Shown here piece by piece: positions 26,464-37,966 of a DNA stretch of 64,000 nucleotides. Position 1 is the first letter of the stretch, and each line of letters opens with the position of its first letter. The notes under the pieces were generated by a model. The model did no database searches. It worked only from the letters and a program-made list of their open reading frames with translations, and had not been told where the DNA came from. Source of the stretch: Tubulanus polymorphus (taxonomy: Eukaryota; Animalia; Nemertea); NCBI RefSeq assembly GCF_964204645.1, contig NC_134029.1:13542850-13606849 (forward strand), given 5' to 3'. Made by a program: the position numbers and the translations under genes.

Positions 26464-27087
26464 GCTGGCAGGAGGGATGAGTGACAAGGCTTGAGTCCCT
26501 TATAGAATGAGATAGGGCGATTTCAGGTCTGGAGTAAGCGCGCGCTGGTTACCGCGTATCATGTTCGGGTTGAGTGGCCAATAACCCTAGGTGTGATGCT
26601 GTGTGTGGTAACTTTTCTCATCGTAAGAGGAGAGGAGACATTCGTAAAAGTAGAGGATTCGTCAGTATAACTCCAATGATCGTCCAGAAAACACGAACTA
26701 TACATTACATATATACATGTATATATTCTAGATATCACGTGTCTTTTACGAAGAACTTGTTACATCAATTATTACAAGCACATGTACATACACACTAGGT
26801 AAAATGCATAGAGCGAGTAGAACGTTACATAGATACATCCTGGCAAGGAATGTAGCCATTTTAGGAATGATGAATCATGTTCACATCTTTCAGGTGGCGG
26901 TTAAACAATGACTTGCCAATTGGTCGACAACGGTATACAGATATGAGTGATGCAGAGGTGGATAGTGTAGTTGAAGATATCTTACATTTCAACCCAAACG
27001 CTGGTGAAACTATGGTTAGAGGTGGCTTTGCTGCCCGTAATATCAAAATTCAAGTATTGCGTGTGCGGGATTCCATAATGCGGTTAG

Positions 27088-27500
27088 TTTTTTTAGCCCA
27101 CTTGGAACTTAAGCGGGCTGTATTGTTTACTTTTCGTCAGTCCGTCCATCCGGAATCCAATTATTTTGGGAAGTTTTGAAGACGCTATTTGATGAGAAGC
27201 AAGGTATCGACTTTGAAGGGCCTTACTTAAACATTTGTAAAAAGTATTGACAGGTTTTAACACTAAGTCTTGGTATTTGATAAAGTGTATCACTGTCATC
27301 ACCTCACGTGGAATTAGGATTACCCAGGGGGAGTTGAATATTGAATTATATAGAATTTACAAAATACATTTTGTAACCACAATCAATTGCAAAATTGTAG
27401 CTAGTGACTGACAGGTTCTATGATTGTGAGGAGTTTCAAGGTCATTGGTTTTTATGGTCACGAAGTTTTAAAAAGCTGAATAACTTAGGTTTTACACCAG
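27088..27500 (-). mobile_element. HINE-like repeat family copy in intron (related to 31682-32790 and 34295-34725)
   Basis: Shared TTTTTAGCC(C)ACT, GTCCGTCCATCCG, TTTTGGGAAGTTTTGAAGACG and ACCAGGGGG..TTGAATA blocks. Confidence 0.6.
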
Positions 27501-28523
27501 GGGGTGTTGGCTATTGATATTTAGCGGAGCTGATGGGTTAGGGTGATTATCCATCGTCGTCTGTCCGTCAACTTTTTTCAACACATGAAATGATTTATCT
27601 TATTAGTTATTCTTTGCTCATCCCCATTAGAAATCCTAGATGTTTAGGTTGAATGTAAACAATTTCTTTTTTTCAGGCATTTAGATGGAAACCACAAACT
27701 TATCAGATGGCGCTTTGTTATACATGGGTGTATAGACGGCTTTAGTCGATATATAATTTATGTCAATTGTAAAGACAATAACAGAGCATCTACTGTTTTT
27801 GATTTTTTCACACATGCTGTGAACTTGTGTGGGGTGCCATCAAGAATCAGAACAGATATGGGTGTAGAAAATGGTCAGGTTATAATATTTATGTTGGATT
27901 TATGTTGGTCAAAATCGTGGCAGTGCTATAACCGGGAGAAGTGTTCATAATCAGCGCATTGAAAGATTATGGCTAGATGTTCGGCATCAAGTCACAGAAT
28001 ATTATCGTAGAATTTTTTATTCATTGGAGCAGCATATGTTGATTGCTGATGATGAACTTCATCTCTATGCTCTCCATTTTGTGTTTCTACCGAGGATTAA
28101 TAGAAGTTTAGACTTTTCAGATCAAACTATAATAATCATCCTATGCGTACATTGCACGGGGCATCGCCGTATCAAGTTTGGGTAAGGGGACCATGGGAAG
28201 AGGAAGGTATCAATGTATCAGATATTCCAACATAAGAAATATATGATTATGAAGCTACGTCAAACAATAATTTCCACATTCCAGAAATAGTATATGAAGA
28301 AATTGGAAATATGCTAGGATTTATAGATCCTTTGGCCGAGGATAATTATCATGGAATTGATCTATACATGTATGTCTGTAATATACTGATGGGGACCAAT
28401 AACACGCTTAGAGAAGATGCGTGACTACAAATTTTGTAATATACACATACTTCACGAATGGTGATTCATTAATAGTTATTTTGGGAGGGGAAAATCAGGA
28501 CCATCAATATTCATCCAATATAA

Positions 28524-28689
28524 GGAAACATACATTTATTAAGTACGCATTAGGGGAGGGGGTAGGGGTCAGTGCAATTGCGCACTGTAATGCTAAACGT
28601 ATACGAAAAAAATGGCCGATTTTGCGTACAGAGGGGGAGAGGGGTTGAAAAATTCAAATTTAATGCGTACGTAATAAATGAATGATCCC
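28524..28689. mobile_element. PIF/Harbinger-like MITE
   Basis: Imperfect ~28-bp TIRs (GGAAACATACATTTATTAAGTACGCATT / AATGCGTACGTAATAAATGAATGATCCC) flanked by TAA. Confidence 0.65.
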
Positions 28690-29388
28690 TAAGCAATTAT
28701 CCGCATATTGCCAATCCGGCTTTATGTACTTAAAATTACAATCCTAATGGTATGGATTAAAATTCAACATCAAAGATTTTGACAGTAACATTTAGTCTCC
28801 TTGTGGCAATTCTTTAAGATTCAAAGAATGGAAAAGCCCAAATATTTTGTTAGATCTTCATCTGTATCACCCTATTTACTCGCCAGAATTTGATAACCCC
28901 CCCCCCCCCTGAAGCTCATGCCAACACAAACCCTTCATCCATTGATCTACACTGCCCAAGAACTTGTATCAATGAATGAAGGGTCTGCAGCCAGGGTTTG
29001 TGTCTGTGTGATCTTCGGAGGTAGGAAATGAACTCTGGCAAGCGAGGATGCATCTGCATGTAATTCAATTATTATACAAGTAGTACGTCATGCCCAAGCT
29101 TCGTCTCCTCAACATTTCATGAGTTTTCCAAAAATGTGTTTCAATGGAAAAAGTGAAAAGTGAAATAAACGATTATCAAGTAGTATTGGTTGTATAATGA
29201 TATAGTGATATGTAAATGCTAAAATTCTCGAGGTACACAATTGTCACATGTAAACATACAATTGATTGTCAAAAAGGTAGCATATAAAAGTAATATTCAA
29301 TGTAGCGGATACATTTATCCAATTATTGTCATCAGGGTAGTAAATAAAAGTACAGTACAATCAAGCAAATACATTTTTCGATTAATTT

Positions 29389-29544
29389 CTACAGAACACC
29401 AAATCCAATTGATCCAAAATTAAGGGCGATGTCCATGTCCCGTTTAAATGTTTCATAGGAATCATGCTTGCCAGGCAATGTAAGCTGACTAAATCATGCT
29501 TGTGATGATGGCATTATGTCTAATTCAGACACAAATTTCCAGGT
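29389..29544 (-). pseudogene. HECT E3 ligase C-terminal end belonging to transposon 1 (cut by transposon 2)
   Basis: Minus strand reads TWKFVSELDIMPSSQA*FSQLTLPGKHDSYETFKRDMDIALNFGSIGFGVL*, a HECT C-lobe tail with TGA at the catalytic Cys position; not in the ORF track. Confidence 0.82.
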
Positions 29545-29584
29545 TACGGAAGCCCCTAGGTGACATACGAGAAATTTTTTTCAC

Positions 29585-29712
29585 AATTTCGACTTATTAA
29601 GTCGAATTTCGACATAATAAGTCGAATTTCGACATAATAAGTCGAATTTCGACATAATAAGTCGAATTTCGACTTAATAAGTCGAATTTCGACATAATAA
29701 GTCGAAATTCGA
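29585..29712. repeat. Subterminal tandem array of a 20-bp palindromic unit (TTCGAC-ataataa-GTCGAA-t), ~6 copies
   Basis: Directly visible head-to-tail repeats with no spacers. Confidence 0.95.
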
Positions 29713-31681
29713 GTTATTTTAAATCAAAATTCGAGTTGTAGCGACTAGCCTACGTACGAACCGCGCACACGCGGGCGATACTCCGTTGATCGGAAACGTA
29801 CGATAAGTTCGTCAGAGAGAAGAGGCTGGACCAGTTGTAAGGCAGTAGTCAACTACATCCTACCAGTCTCAGGCTGCCTAACTTGGTAATAGCGCGGCGC
29901 GCACGGTACGTTCGGACGGCATCGCTTCATTCAGAATTTTTGTAAGTGCGGAAAACTAGGAAACGAGAGGGTATGTGTACGTATACGGGGATCTTAATTA
30001 ATAAACGCCTGGGGCACCTTCCCTACGCCCTTGGCACGGATTCGAACCTAATGGCATCGCGAGACTGTCGACGTTCGGTGACATTTGATCTCAGTCTAGA
30101 GACCGGCAATCTAATAAGATTGAATTGAATTGGTCTAGGATGTTTTAAGTTGGTCAAGGTCATGTGGAGAATACGTATGAGGGTTACCAATTTTCATCAA
30201 TATACCGGCGGTACGGTAGTATTGTATTGTGTTAATACATGTAAAGTTAGGCCTAAAATTATATGTTGGATTGATAGACTTCACTGACACTGTCATCCCA
30301 TTCCCCGATTCCCACCTGGCCCACATGGAATGGTCTATTAAAACTTTACAATGAGACTGATAGGACATCAGGTGGCCTCTCGACTAGTCTCTGTGAGTCA
30401 CAGCACAGTCGAGTCTGGATTCAGTTTTGGTACTGCTAGATAGAACTATGTCTGGACTGGTCTAGTACCTGTTGTTACCCAAACAACGTCTAGGGCGTAA
30501 GTGCACATATAAGGCTAATTTTCGTTCCTTTATTTTGAGGGACGAGGACCTCGAGGTTTTGTCACTGAGCGTCTATTTCAGCCCGACTGACGACTGTGTT
30601 TAGGCATAAATTTATATTCCAAAAAAGTTTTTGAGGATCATAGTGATACCTCACCTGCCATACGTGTAATCCTCCATTGTCACAGAAGCGGTGCCGGTAC
30701 CCCATTTCTGTTTTTGGGATTACCGGCAATTAGGTATACCAATTAGTCTCATATTTTTGTGGATGTTTTCAGATGGATGATTTGATTACCTTCATGAGGG
30801 AAAGAAATGTAGATGAATCATCTATTCAAAAACTATGTGATGATAAGGTAGAGTAATAAGTTTTGTTCAACATTTAGAATTAGATCCATGATGATTAACC
30901 CTGGCCTTGAACTGGTTCACAGTGTTCTTATTCAATTTGTCAAAAATAGATGTGTTTTGAAAACTTTTTACTGATTAATAATCCTTGGTTTTACTGATTA
31001 ATAATCCTAGTTGGGCCCGTGTGGTTCAGGAGCAAGCTGATTGAGATTATTGTTGCTATTGTCCAGATGAGTTGTGCTAAAGGAACATATGCGAATAAAA
31101 GAGATTTGTGTTCATTTTCTTTTGCAGATTGATGGTAGTGTTATTCCTGGGCTGAGTTCTGATCAGCTCAAGGTATATCTTCCAAAATTTGGTGATCGCC
31201 TGGCAGTTTTGTCATTCTGCCAAAGGACCGATGATTTTCGGGCAACAAAAAGGTCTAAGAATCTCATTGATCGATTGCGCTGTGCTGTAGGCACCGGTAC
31301 TAGACCTGCTTCTTCTCTACGCCAAAAAGTCCAAAGTGAAAGAACAATAGAACTCGGTTGGCTGAACAGAGAATGTGAAGAGAGCTTGTATAAGCAGATT
31401 AGAACACCTAATGGTGGTGGTACTCGAGTACTCAAATTACCGCGCGACTTCGCAGTTGGGGGTCTAATCAGAAAGGGGATAGAACTTTTTTTCCCCAATG
31501 ATAGATCTTTATTGGGAGGATGTGAAGAGTTCATCTTCACTCTGCTCGATTTCAAAGAAAATAAGCAATTTGACTATAATAAAACAATTGCTGAGTTTTA
31601 CACGGAAACAAAACTGAATCGATTGCGCTTCTACCTAGGAAGTACTAGGAAAGCAATTTTACAGGTAGGTTTAAATTTCAT

Positions 31682-32790
31682 TTTTTAGCCTACTCGAGGC
31701 TTAAGTTCCAGCGGAGTATTGTGTTCACTTTACGTTCGTCTGTCCATCCATCGGTCCGTCCATCCGTAGATGGAATCCAGTTATTTTGGGAAGTTTTGAA
31801 GACGGCTCTATGGATATTTTTGATACCGTATTTGGTTTATGTATCTACCCTAGACATATCTTCATCCCAAAAACTGGCGCGGTCAGATTTAAGATAGCTG
31901 ACCGGCTGCCATTGTTTGTTGTTAGCCAAAATCAGCACTTTTTACACATTTTTGAAGTTTTCAAGGGAAATTTCGAAGATGCTTCGACAAGTGGTTTTTC
32001 ATTTGATTTCCCGTATGGTGTATCAGCGTTAAAAAATTTTAGGTTAAAAAACCAAGGTTCAATACACAGCCAGCAAAGGTCAACATGCCTGCAGGATTAT
32101 GTTTATACATTAAAGTTATACATGTTAATCAAACTGTAGAGTAATTTTTTATTAATTTAGATATATTTTTTAAATTAGAATAGTTTTCTATTCTTTTTAG
32201 TTAAATGATGTTTTTGAAGTAACAATCATCTATGGTTCTGAAAAAAAGAAAGAGAAGTTCTCGGAAACAGATGACATAAAGGTAAGGCCTACATTCAACA
32301 AATGTGCAAGCGTTTGACCCGATCAAAATTGTTTTATCAAATTATTAGTATTGATCTCCTCTCGTGGAATTGGGGTTACTTAGGTTTTTGTTCTCACCAC
32401 CTGGGGGAATTGAATATTGAATTATATACAATTTGCCTATTTATATTGGTACCTATGGATATTTTGTAACCGCAATCAATTGCAAAGGTGTAGGTTGTGA
32501 CATTTTCTATGATTGTGAAGAGTTTCCAGGTCATCAGTTGTTGTATATGGTCACCAGGGGGCGTTGAATAGCCAAATAACTCACTATATTCATATTGTAT
32601 TGGTATCCAGGCATATTTTGTAACCACAATGAATTGCAAAATTGTAGCTCGTAACATGTTCTTTTATTGTGGTGAGTTTAAAGGTCATTGCTTTCTTAAT
32701 ATGTTCACCAGGGGGCGTTGAATATTGAAACTTTCTGTTTGTTGAGCATTTTAAACCACTTCCCAAGTGGGCGTGGTGTCCCTGGACCCC
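31682..32790 (-). mobile_element. HINE-like repeat fragments in HECT-gene introns
   Basis: TTTTTAGCCTACT start, GTCC microsatellite, repeated CACCAGGGGGCGTTGAATA units. Confidence 0.5.
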
Positions 32791-34040
32791 TAGTTAATAC
32801 GTTGTACATGTAGGATGAAATTATCACCTGTACTATTGCTTTATGTGAAAAACTTTATGCCAAAACTGGTTATCCATCCCTCATATAACTCTGAATTCAC
32901 CTAACACACTTTTTCTTACCCCCAATATGGTACAGATTCCTGTAAGCCCTATCTGTATGAGATTCAATATAGTGGCAGATTCGTTATAACCCCACAGTCT
33001 ACACCCGACCTATCAAGCTTTTATAGTATTGATATTTATTTTACAGATGCTAATTGATTGTGTACGTCAGCTTATCGCTCAGAATGACTTTTTACTTGTT
33101 ATCGATGGACATGTAGAATCTCTGTACAGCAATCTGGATGGGTTTCCTCTAAAAGATTTTGGTTTATCAAAGGAATGTACCATAACAGCTTTTCCTTATG
33201 TTTTACCATCATCGAGCAATACCAACCCTGTAAATGGAAGCGTTCCCTCCAATGGTTCTGCAAATAATGGCGGTCCTTCTGGAAACGAATTGACAACACT
33301 TAAAGAAGATTTGCCTACAATTCAGGTAAACTTGTGCCTTTCACATTTTGTCTGTTATAACTTTATTTTAGGGAAATCTGAATTTTCTTTTTCTTTCTGA
33401 GACATCATGGGGAATGTTTGTAGTCACCAGAGGGTGGTTGGGTAATAAAGAAGTGTTGGCCCATCATCCATATCCATGTAAACTTCTATGGATAGTGCAT
33501 TTCCCAAGCCCTCAACCCCTAGACAGGAAGAAAATCTGACAAGAAAATTTTTTTAATGTTATTCTTGCAGCATAAACCCAGAAACGATCAGATTCGCGAC
33601 CAAGGGTGCCTAAGCAACAAAAAAATTAAAAAGTCAATTTCGTCAACGGCTCGAGCAAACAACAATGAAAAATTCTCAACGTTCACTTCATTCACTCAGT
33701 CAATGCCTGAAGTTCTGAATTCTCCTGCATCACCTCAAGTATCTTCGTTTGTCAGTTCACTCTCTTGCACTATTCCAGCTTCATCCACTCAAAGTTCCAG
33801 TAGAGAATATATTCCTTATCCAACCCTTCAAATATCTCCAATGGCACCAGAAAGTGACGAGGAATTAATACCATTTCATACCCACTGTATACCAACGCCT
33901 GTCACAGTTGTGGATCCTTGTATTGCTGCTGTGCCTCAAAGTTCTAGTAGAGGATATCTTTCGAATTCAACCATTCAAGGCAATTCTGAAACCGACCAGC
34001 AACCTTCATATAGGTATGTTTCCGACTAGGACAAGGCTAA

Positions 34041-34187
34041 CAGCCGCGGATCCAGGATTTCGGGGAGGGGTTGCACAAATTAGGAAGGGGGGTCTGAGGG
34101 TCCTCGCCCAGAAAATATTTTTAAATTAGATGCACGGAGACGCGTTCTAGGCAGGATCAGAGTACGTCTGACCTGGATCCGCCGCTG
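34041..34187. mobile_element. Small MITE with CAGC(C/G)GCGGATCCAGG TIRs (hAT-like ends)
   Basis: CAGCCGCGGATCCAGG ... CCTGGATCCGCCGCTG; no clear TSD. Confidence 0.55.
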
Positions 34188-34541
34188 AATGAATCATCAC
34201 CTTGTAAAATAGTTTTTCTGCTGGGCTTAACAACCTCAGGCTTATTCATTTTTAAACAAGGTACTGTTAAATTCTCAAATATGAAATGTTGCCTCTTTTT
34301 AGCCCACTTGGACTCAGGTCCCAGTGCTATTGCGTTCACTTTTCGTCCATCTGGGAAGTTTTGAAAATGCTTCAATGAATTGTCTTCATATTCGGTTAAG
34401 CCATGCTCGCCATTGTTGTTTACCGAAATCAGAACTTGTTTGACAAGTTTCATTATGATTGAAAATGAAATTATATACAATTTGACTTTTCAAGTTAGTA
34501 CCTACCAGGGTATGCATATTTTGGCACCACAATCAATTGTA

Positions 34542-34609
34542 CAGTGGAACCTCGTTATAACGAACATATTTTCTGGTCTCCTGAAGTTTGCTGTAACGAG
34601 GTTTCACTG
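34542..34609. mobile_element. 68-bp Tc1/mariner (pogo/Tigger-like) MITE with TA TSD
   Basis: TA-CAGTGGAACCTCGTTA ... TAACGAGGTTTCACTG-TA, nested in a HINE-like repeat. Confidence 0.75.
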
Positions 34610-36788
34610 TACATAAGTAGCTCATGACATCACTGAGATGATCGATCATCGATTTCTGAATTTGTTTACCAGGGGGCGTTGAATATATTAAACTTGTCAG
34701 ATTTTCAAGCATTTCAACAAGTGCATCCCTAGTTGCGTTATATTTCTCAGTCGTTATTCATTTTTCATAGGTTTGTCCAAGCTGGCACACCTACGATATT
34801 ATTCAGAAATCAAATTCCAACAAGTATCGAAGAAGTTCTCCGAGGACTTTCTTCACCAATTGACCAAGACGGCAAAAAAATGTGATTAACGTGACACGAG
34901 AGAAGGTGCTCGATGGGGCATACAGAGGATTCTCCCGTGAATCATTCTGTGCTAATAATTTACTGAGTGTAAAATTCCATGGAGAGCAAGGAATAGACAC
35001 GGGTGGTCTTTCCAGAGAGTTTCTCCGGCTTGCCCTGATACAGTTATCAAGGAGCAATCTGTTTACGGGCTCAGAAAATAAGAAGTTTTTAGAGCTTGAT
35101 GCAAAAGGTAAGAATATATATTTGTCCAGAAACAAATTACTTTTGCCAGTGGCTTCAATCTCGATTCCAATAGTTAGTGTTATATATGCTAAATTATTTG
35201 TGATATACAAGTCGTTTCCTATCAATGTTAATATCTTTGTAGCTCTTGGTAAGGAACGCTATATAATTGCTGGTAAACTCGTTGCTTACTCTGTGGTACA
35301 TGGAGGGCCGTTGCCCCAGTTCCTCCACCCACAGATGTATGAACATGTGAGTGGAGGATATGCAAAGATTAAAATTGACGATGTACCGGACACAGATGTC
35401 AGAGCAAAAATGAAAGCGGTAGGTTTTTACATTGATATTTTAGGTCAAAAAAATGATTTCTCTTTTATTTTTCGTGCAAGATGTTGATATCTGTTCAAAG
35501 CAGTGATTTTGCAGTGAATCTGTTGACTAGGGTTAGGCTAAAATCTGTTGACTAAACTACTTTGGGTGTCAAAACTGAATGAATTGTTTTTCAAGCCCCG
35601 ATAGTGGTGGCCATTGGCTTACGAGTCGCTGGCGAATTCCAACCAATTCCTTTTCACAAATTAGTTTAAGATGGTATGTTTCTATTTTGTAGCTTGCTAA
35701 CGCAACAGACAAAGAATCTCTGCGTCATGCAGTAGATGATGCCATTGACATTCTAGCACTAGTAGGATGTCTTCCTATAAACAGCCTAGAAGAAGCTGTA
35801 CAAAGCGCAAGCAATGTTGCACACTGGTACATTTTTCAAAGGACTAACTCTGCTATTGAACAGTAAGTCTTTTCCATCCTCCTTTCCATTGAGTAAAATT
35901 CACTGTAAAGAATTATCAGTCAAATGTTGTACTTTCAATGCATGGAGAGTTTAATAAGATGTAAAATGTTAAAAATCTGAAATGAATCCGCAAATGAACT
36001 ACTGTAATTAAACTGAGATTTGAGAAATCACTTGCAGTAATGATATTCTCTGTTTTTTAGGTTCAAAAGTGGTTTGGAAACCTTGGGGTTTTTAATGGCG
36101 GTACAAGAAAACCGAGATCTCATGCGAGAGGTTTTTCTGGAACCCATTCATAGCCTTGATGCCAATCAGATACTAGATATGTTCCAGACACCAGAATTAA
36201 GCCCGGAAGGTTCAAATAAAAGGAGGGCCGAGTCTGATACACTAGCATATTGGTATGATTTTGTCGAGCATCTGGGAGGTACGCATAGTCAAATTCCCCT
36301 TATCATTATTTATCTGATTATCTATATCCATTGGCATTACTTGTAAGTAGTTAAGGCATTGTTTCAAACACATACATGTACATATATTTCTTTTTCAGAA
36401 CGTGGTTTCCTGGAAGACCTTCTTATATCCACTACAGGGTTGGCACGCCCCCCACCTCTTGGATTTGATCCACCAGTGTGTATACGGTTTCGACATCCAT
36501 CGGATGGAAGTGATGAGTAGACAAGAAACTACCCTATCGCAAATACCTGCGCCAATATTTTGCATTTACCTGTTCTTAGCGAAGACGACGAATTTCAGCA
36601 AAACATGCTTGCTGCGATTCTTAGTTGTCTGTCTTTTACGGACAAATGAAAACATAACAATTACTGCACAATCATGTACTGCATAGTTATGTACCGTATG
36701 CATTTCATTTTGTTCTTAATTACTCTGAGTTCAGAGGCTGACCCGAAATTAATAGTCGCTACCTAGCCTGCAATCTTAATTTTTAGCC

Positions 36789-37190
36789 CGCTTTCAAATT
36801 CATTAATTTTTTATCATTTGTTTAGTTTATACATTAAATATCTATAAACATTGTTGAAATTTTAAAAGCGTATGCATGTTTATATAATATAGTTTTTTTA
36901 AGATGGGTTGTGAATCAGTATTTTAATAGCAATATTTTTGTTTTCATGACAATAATTTGAAAAAGCCAGCTTTCAAATTTAATTCTTTTTTATCATTTGT
37001 TTTGTTTATACATTAAATATCTATAAACATTGTTGAAATTTTAAAAGCGTATGCATGTTTATATATTATAGTTTTTTAAGATGGGTTGTGAATCAGTATT
37101 TTAATAGCAATATTTTTGTTTTCATGACAATAATTTGAAAAAGCCAGCTTTCAAATTTAATTCTTTCTTATCATTTGTTTAGTTAATTCA
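36789..37190. repeat. Tandem repeat, ~178-bp unit, ~2.3 copies
   Basis: GCTTTCAAATT..TATCATTTG starts at ~36790, 36969, 37147. Confidence 0.9.
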
Positions 37191-37629
37191 ATAGAATATC
37201 TGTTGACAGTGTAGAAATTATAGAACAGTATGCATGATTATAGATTATATTTTTGTATCAATACTTTCATAATCATCAGTGGCTACTTTGGACCCGTTTT
37301 TTAGTTTTGTAGAGATCTTTTCTGAACAAATCAGTTCTATGCATGATTAAATAAAAAGTTTGGTTCATTCAATTAATTGTTTTTTGCTTATATTGTGGGC
37401 TGAAATTTGCGCTTTTAGAAATTTGATACAGACATTCATACAGACTAACCTGATTGTATGACTCTAAAATTGGTACAATGAACCCTGTCTGAAACTGAGG
37501 ACTGTATTGTTTCTATTGAAACCAGACACCCTATATACATGCACATTTAAGACAGTAATATAAAATCGGCCACTTATTTTTGATTGTGAAAATCAACACA
37601 TCACAAAGTTGACGATTAGAAAGTTGAAC

Positions 37630-37966
37630 TTAAACAAGCATCCTCCTAATTTCCTGCCTCAAAAAGCTGTACAGTTCTACAGCATCATATGCATCGCTGG
37701 GAATGCGATAATTGTGATCCTGCATGATTTCCATCACAGCATCTAGTATGGCTGGATCTTTGCATGTGACATCGTCCTTTTCTATACAATCTTCAGCACA
37801 CGCATCTGTTTCAGCTCGCGTCAACGGTCCCCGTAGCATATCCACGCCACCAAACAGCTCAGGGTACTTATAAAGTTGCGCGGGGACTCCTGATATAATA
37901 TGATTTCTAGACATTTTTCGGATTGTATGGGAATTCCATTCGTCGGCTACTTGGTCCATAGCATCC
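37630..37966 (-). pseudogene. Last exon of the IS3EU-like transposase of transposon 2
   Basis: Acceptor (polypyrimidine..TTAG) then DAMDQVADEWNSHTIR..SGVPAQLYKYPELFGG..DAVELYSFLR, the typical C-terminus of this integrase-core family; upstream exons not seen. Confidence 0.78.

Larger units (their letters stand above)
22742..28410 (+). pseudogene. Spliced IS3EU-like DDE transposase (integrase-core) of transposon 1; exons ~22742-?, 24547-24664, 26894-27082, 27677-~28410
   Basis: AG/GT-bounded exons read GRPRISY..IAAEIVVSTRTLYR / WR..SDAEVDSVV..PNAGETMVRG / HLDGNHKLIRWRFVIHGCIDGFSR..PSRIRTDMGVEN..GRSVHNQRIERLWLDV..FLPRINRSL..NNHPMRT; frameshifts in the last exon; first exon less certain. Confidence 0.88.
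30773..36649 (+). pseudogene. Spliced G2E3-like HECT E3 ubiquitin ligase; exons 30773-30847, 31128-31664, 32201-32281, 33047-33325, 33571-34013, 34771-35107, 35243-35418, 35693-35862, 36061-36278, 36399-36649
   Basis: GT-AG introns with consistent phases; SAM-like start, IELGW..QIRTPNGGGTR, VKFHGEQGIDTGGLSREF, HGGPLPQFL, FKSGLETLG, TG..PPLGF, PIANTCANILHLP; 1-nt frameshift in the A-run at ~34875 and TAG at 36518. Confidence 0.88.
29545..37966. mobile_element. IS3EU-like DNA transposon 2 (HECT gene +, transposase -); right end not seen
   Basis: Terminus TACGGAAGCCCCTAGGTGACAT followed by palindromic subterminal 20-mers; convergent HECT and transposase genes. Confidence 0.72.

Noticed and set aside
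26466-26482. tRNA primer-binding site after the putative LTR
   Set aside because: Begins TGG but I could not match it to a tRNA 3' end, and no gag follows.
29585-29712. CRISPR-like short palindromic repeats
   Set aside because: No unique spacers, no cas genes, eukaryotic context; these are subterminal transposon repeats.
30773-36649. Host G2E3 ortholog
   Set aside because: No PHD/RING N-terminus seen; lies between a transposon terminus and a convergent transposase; carries disabling mutations.
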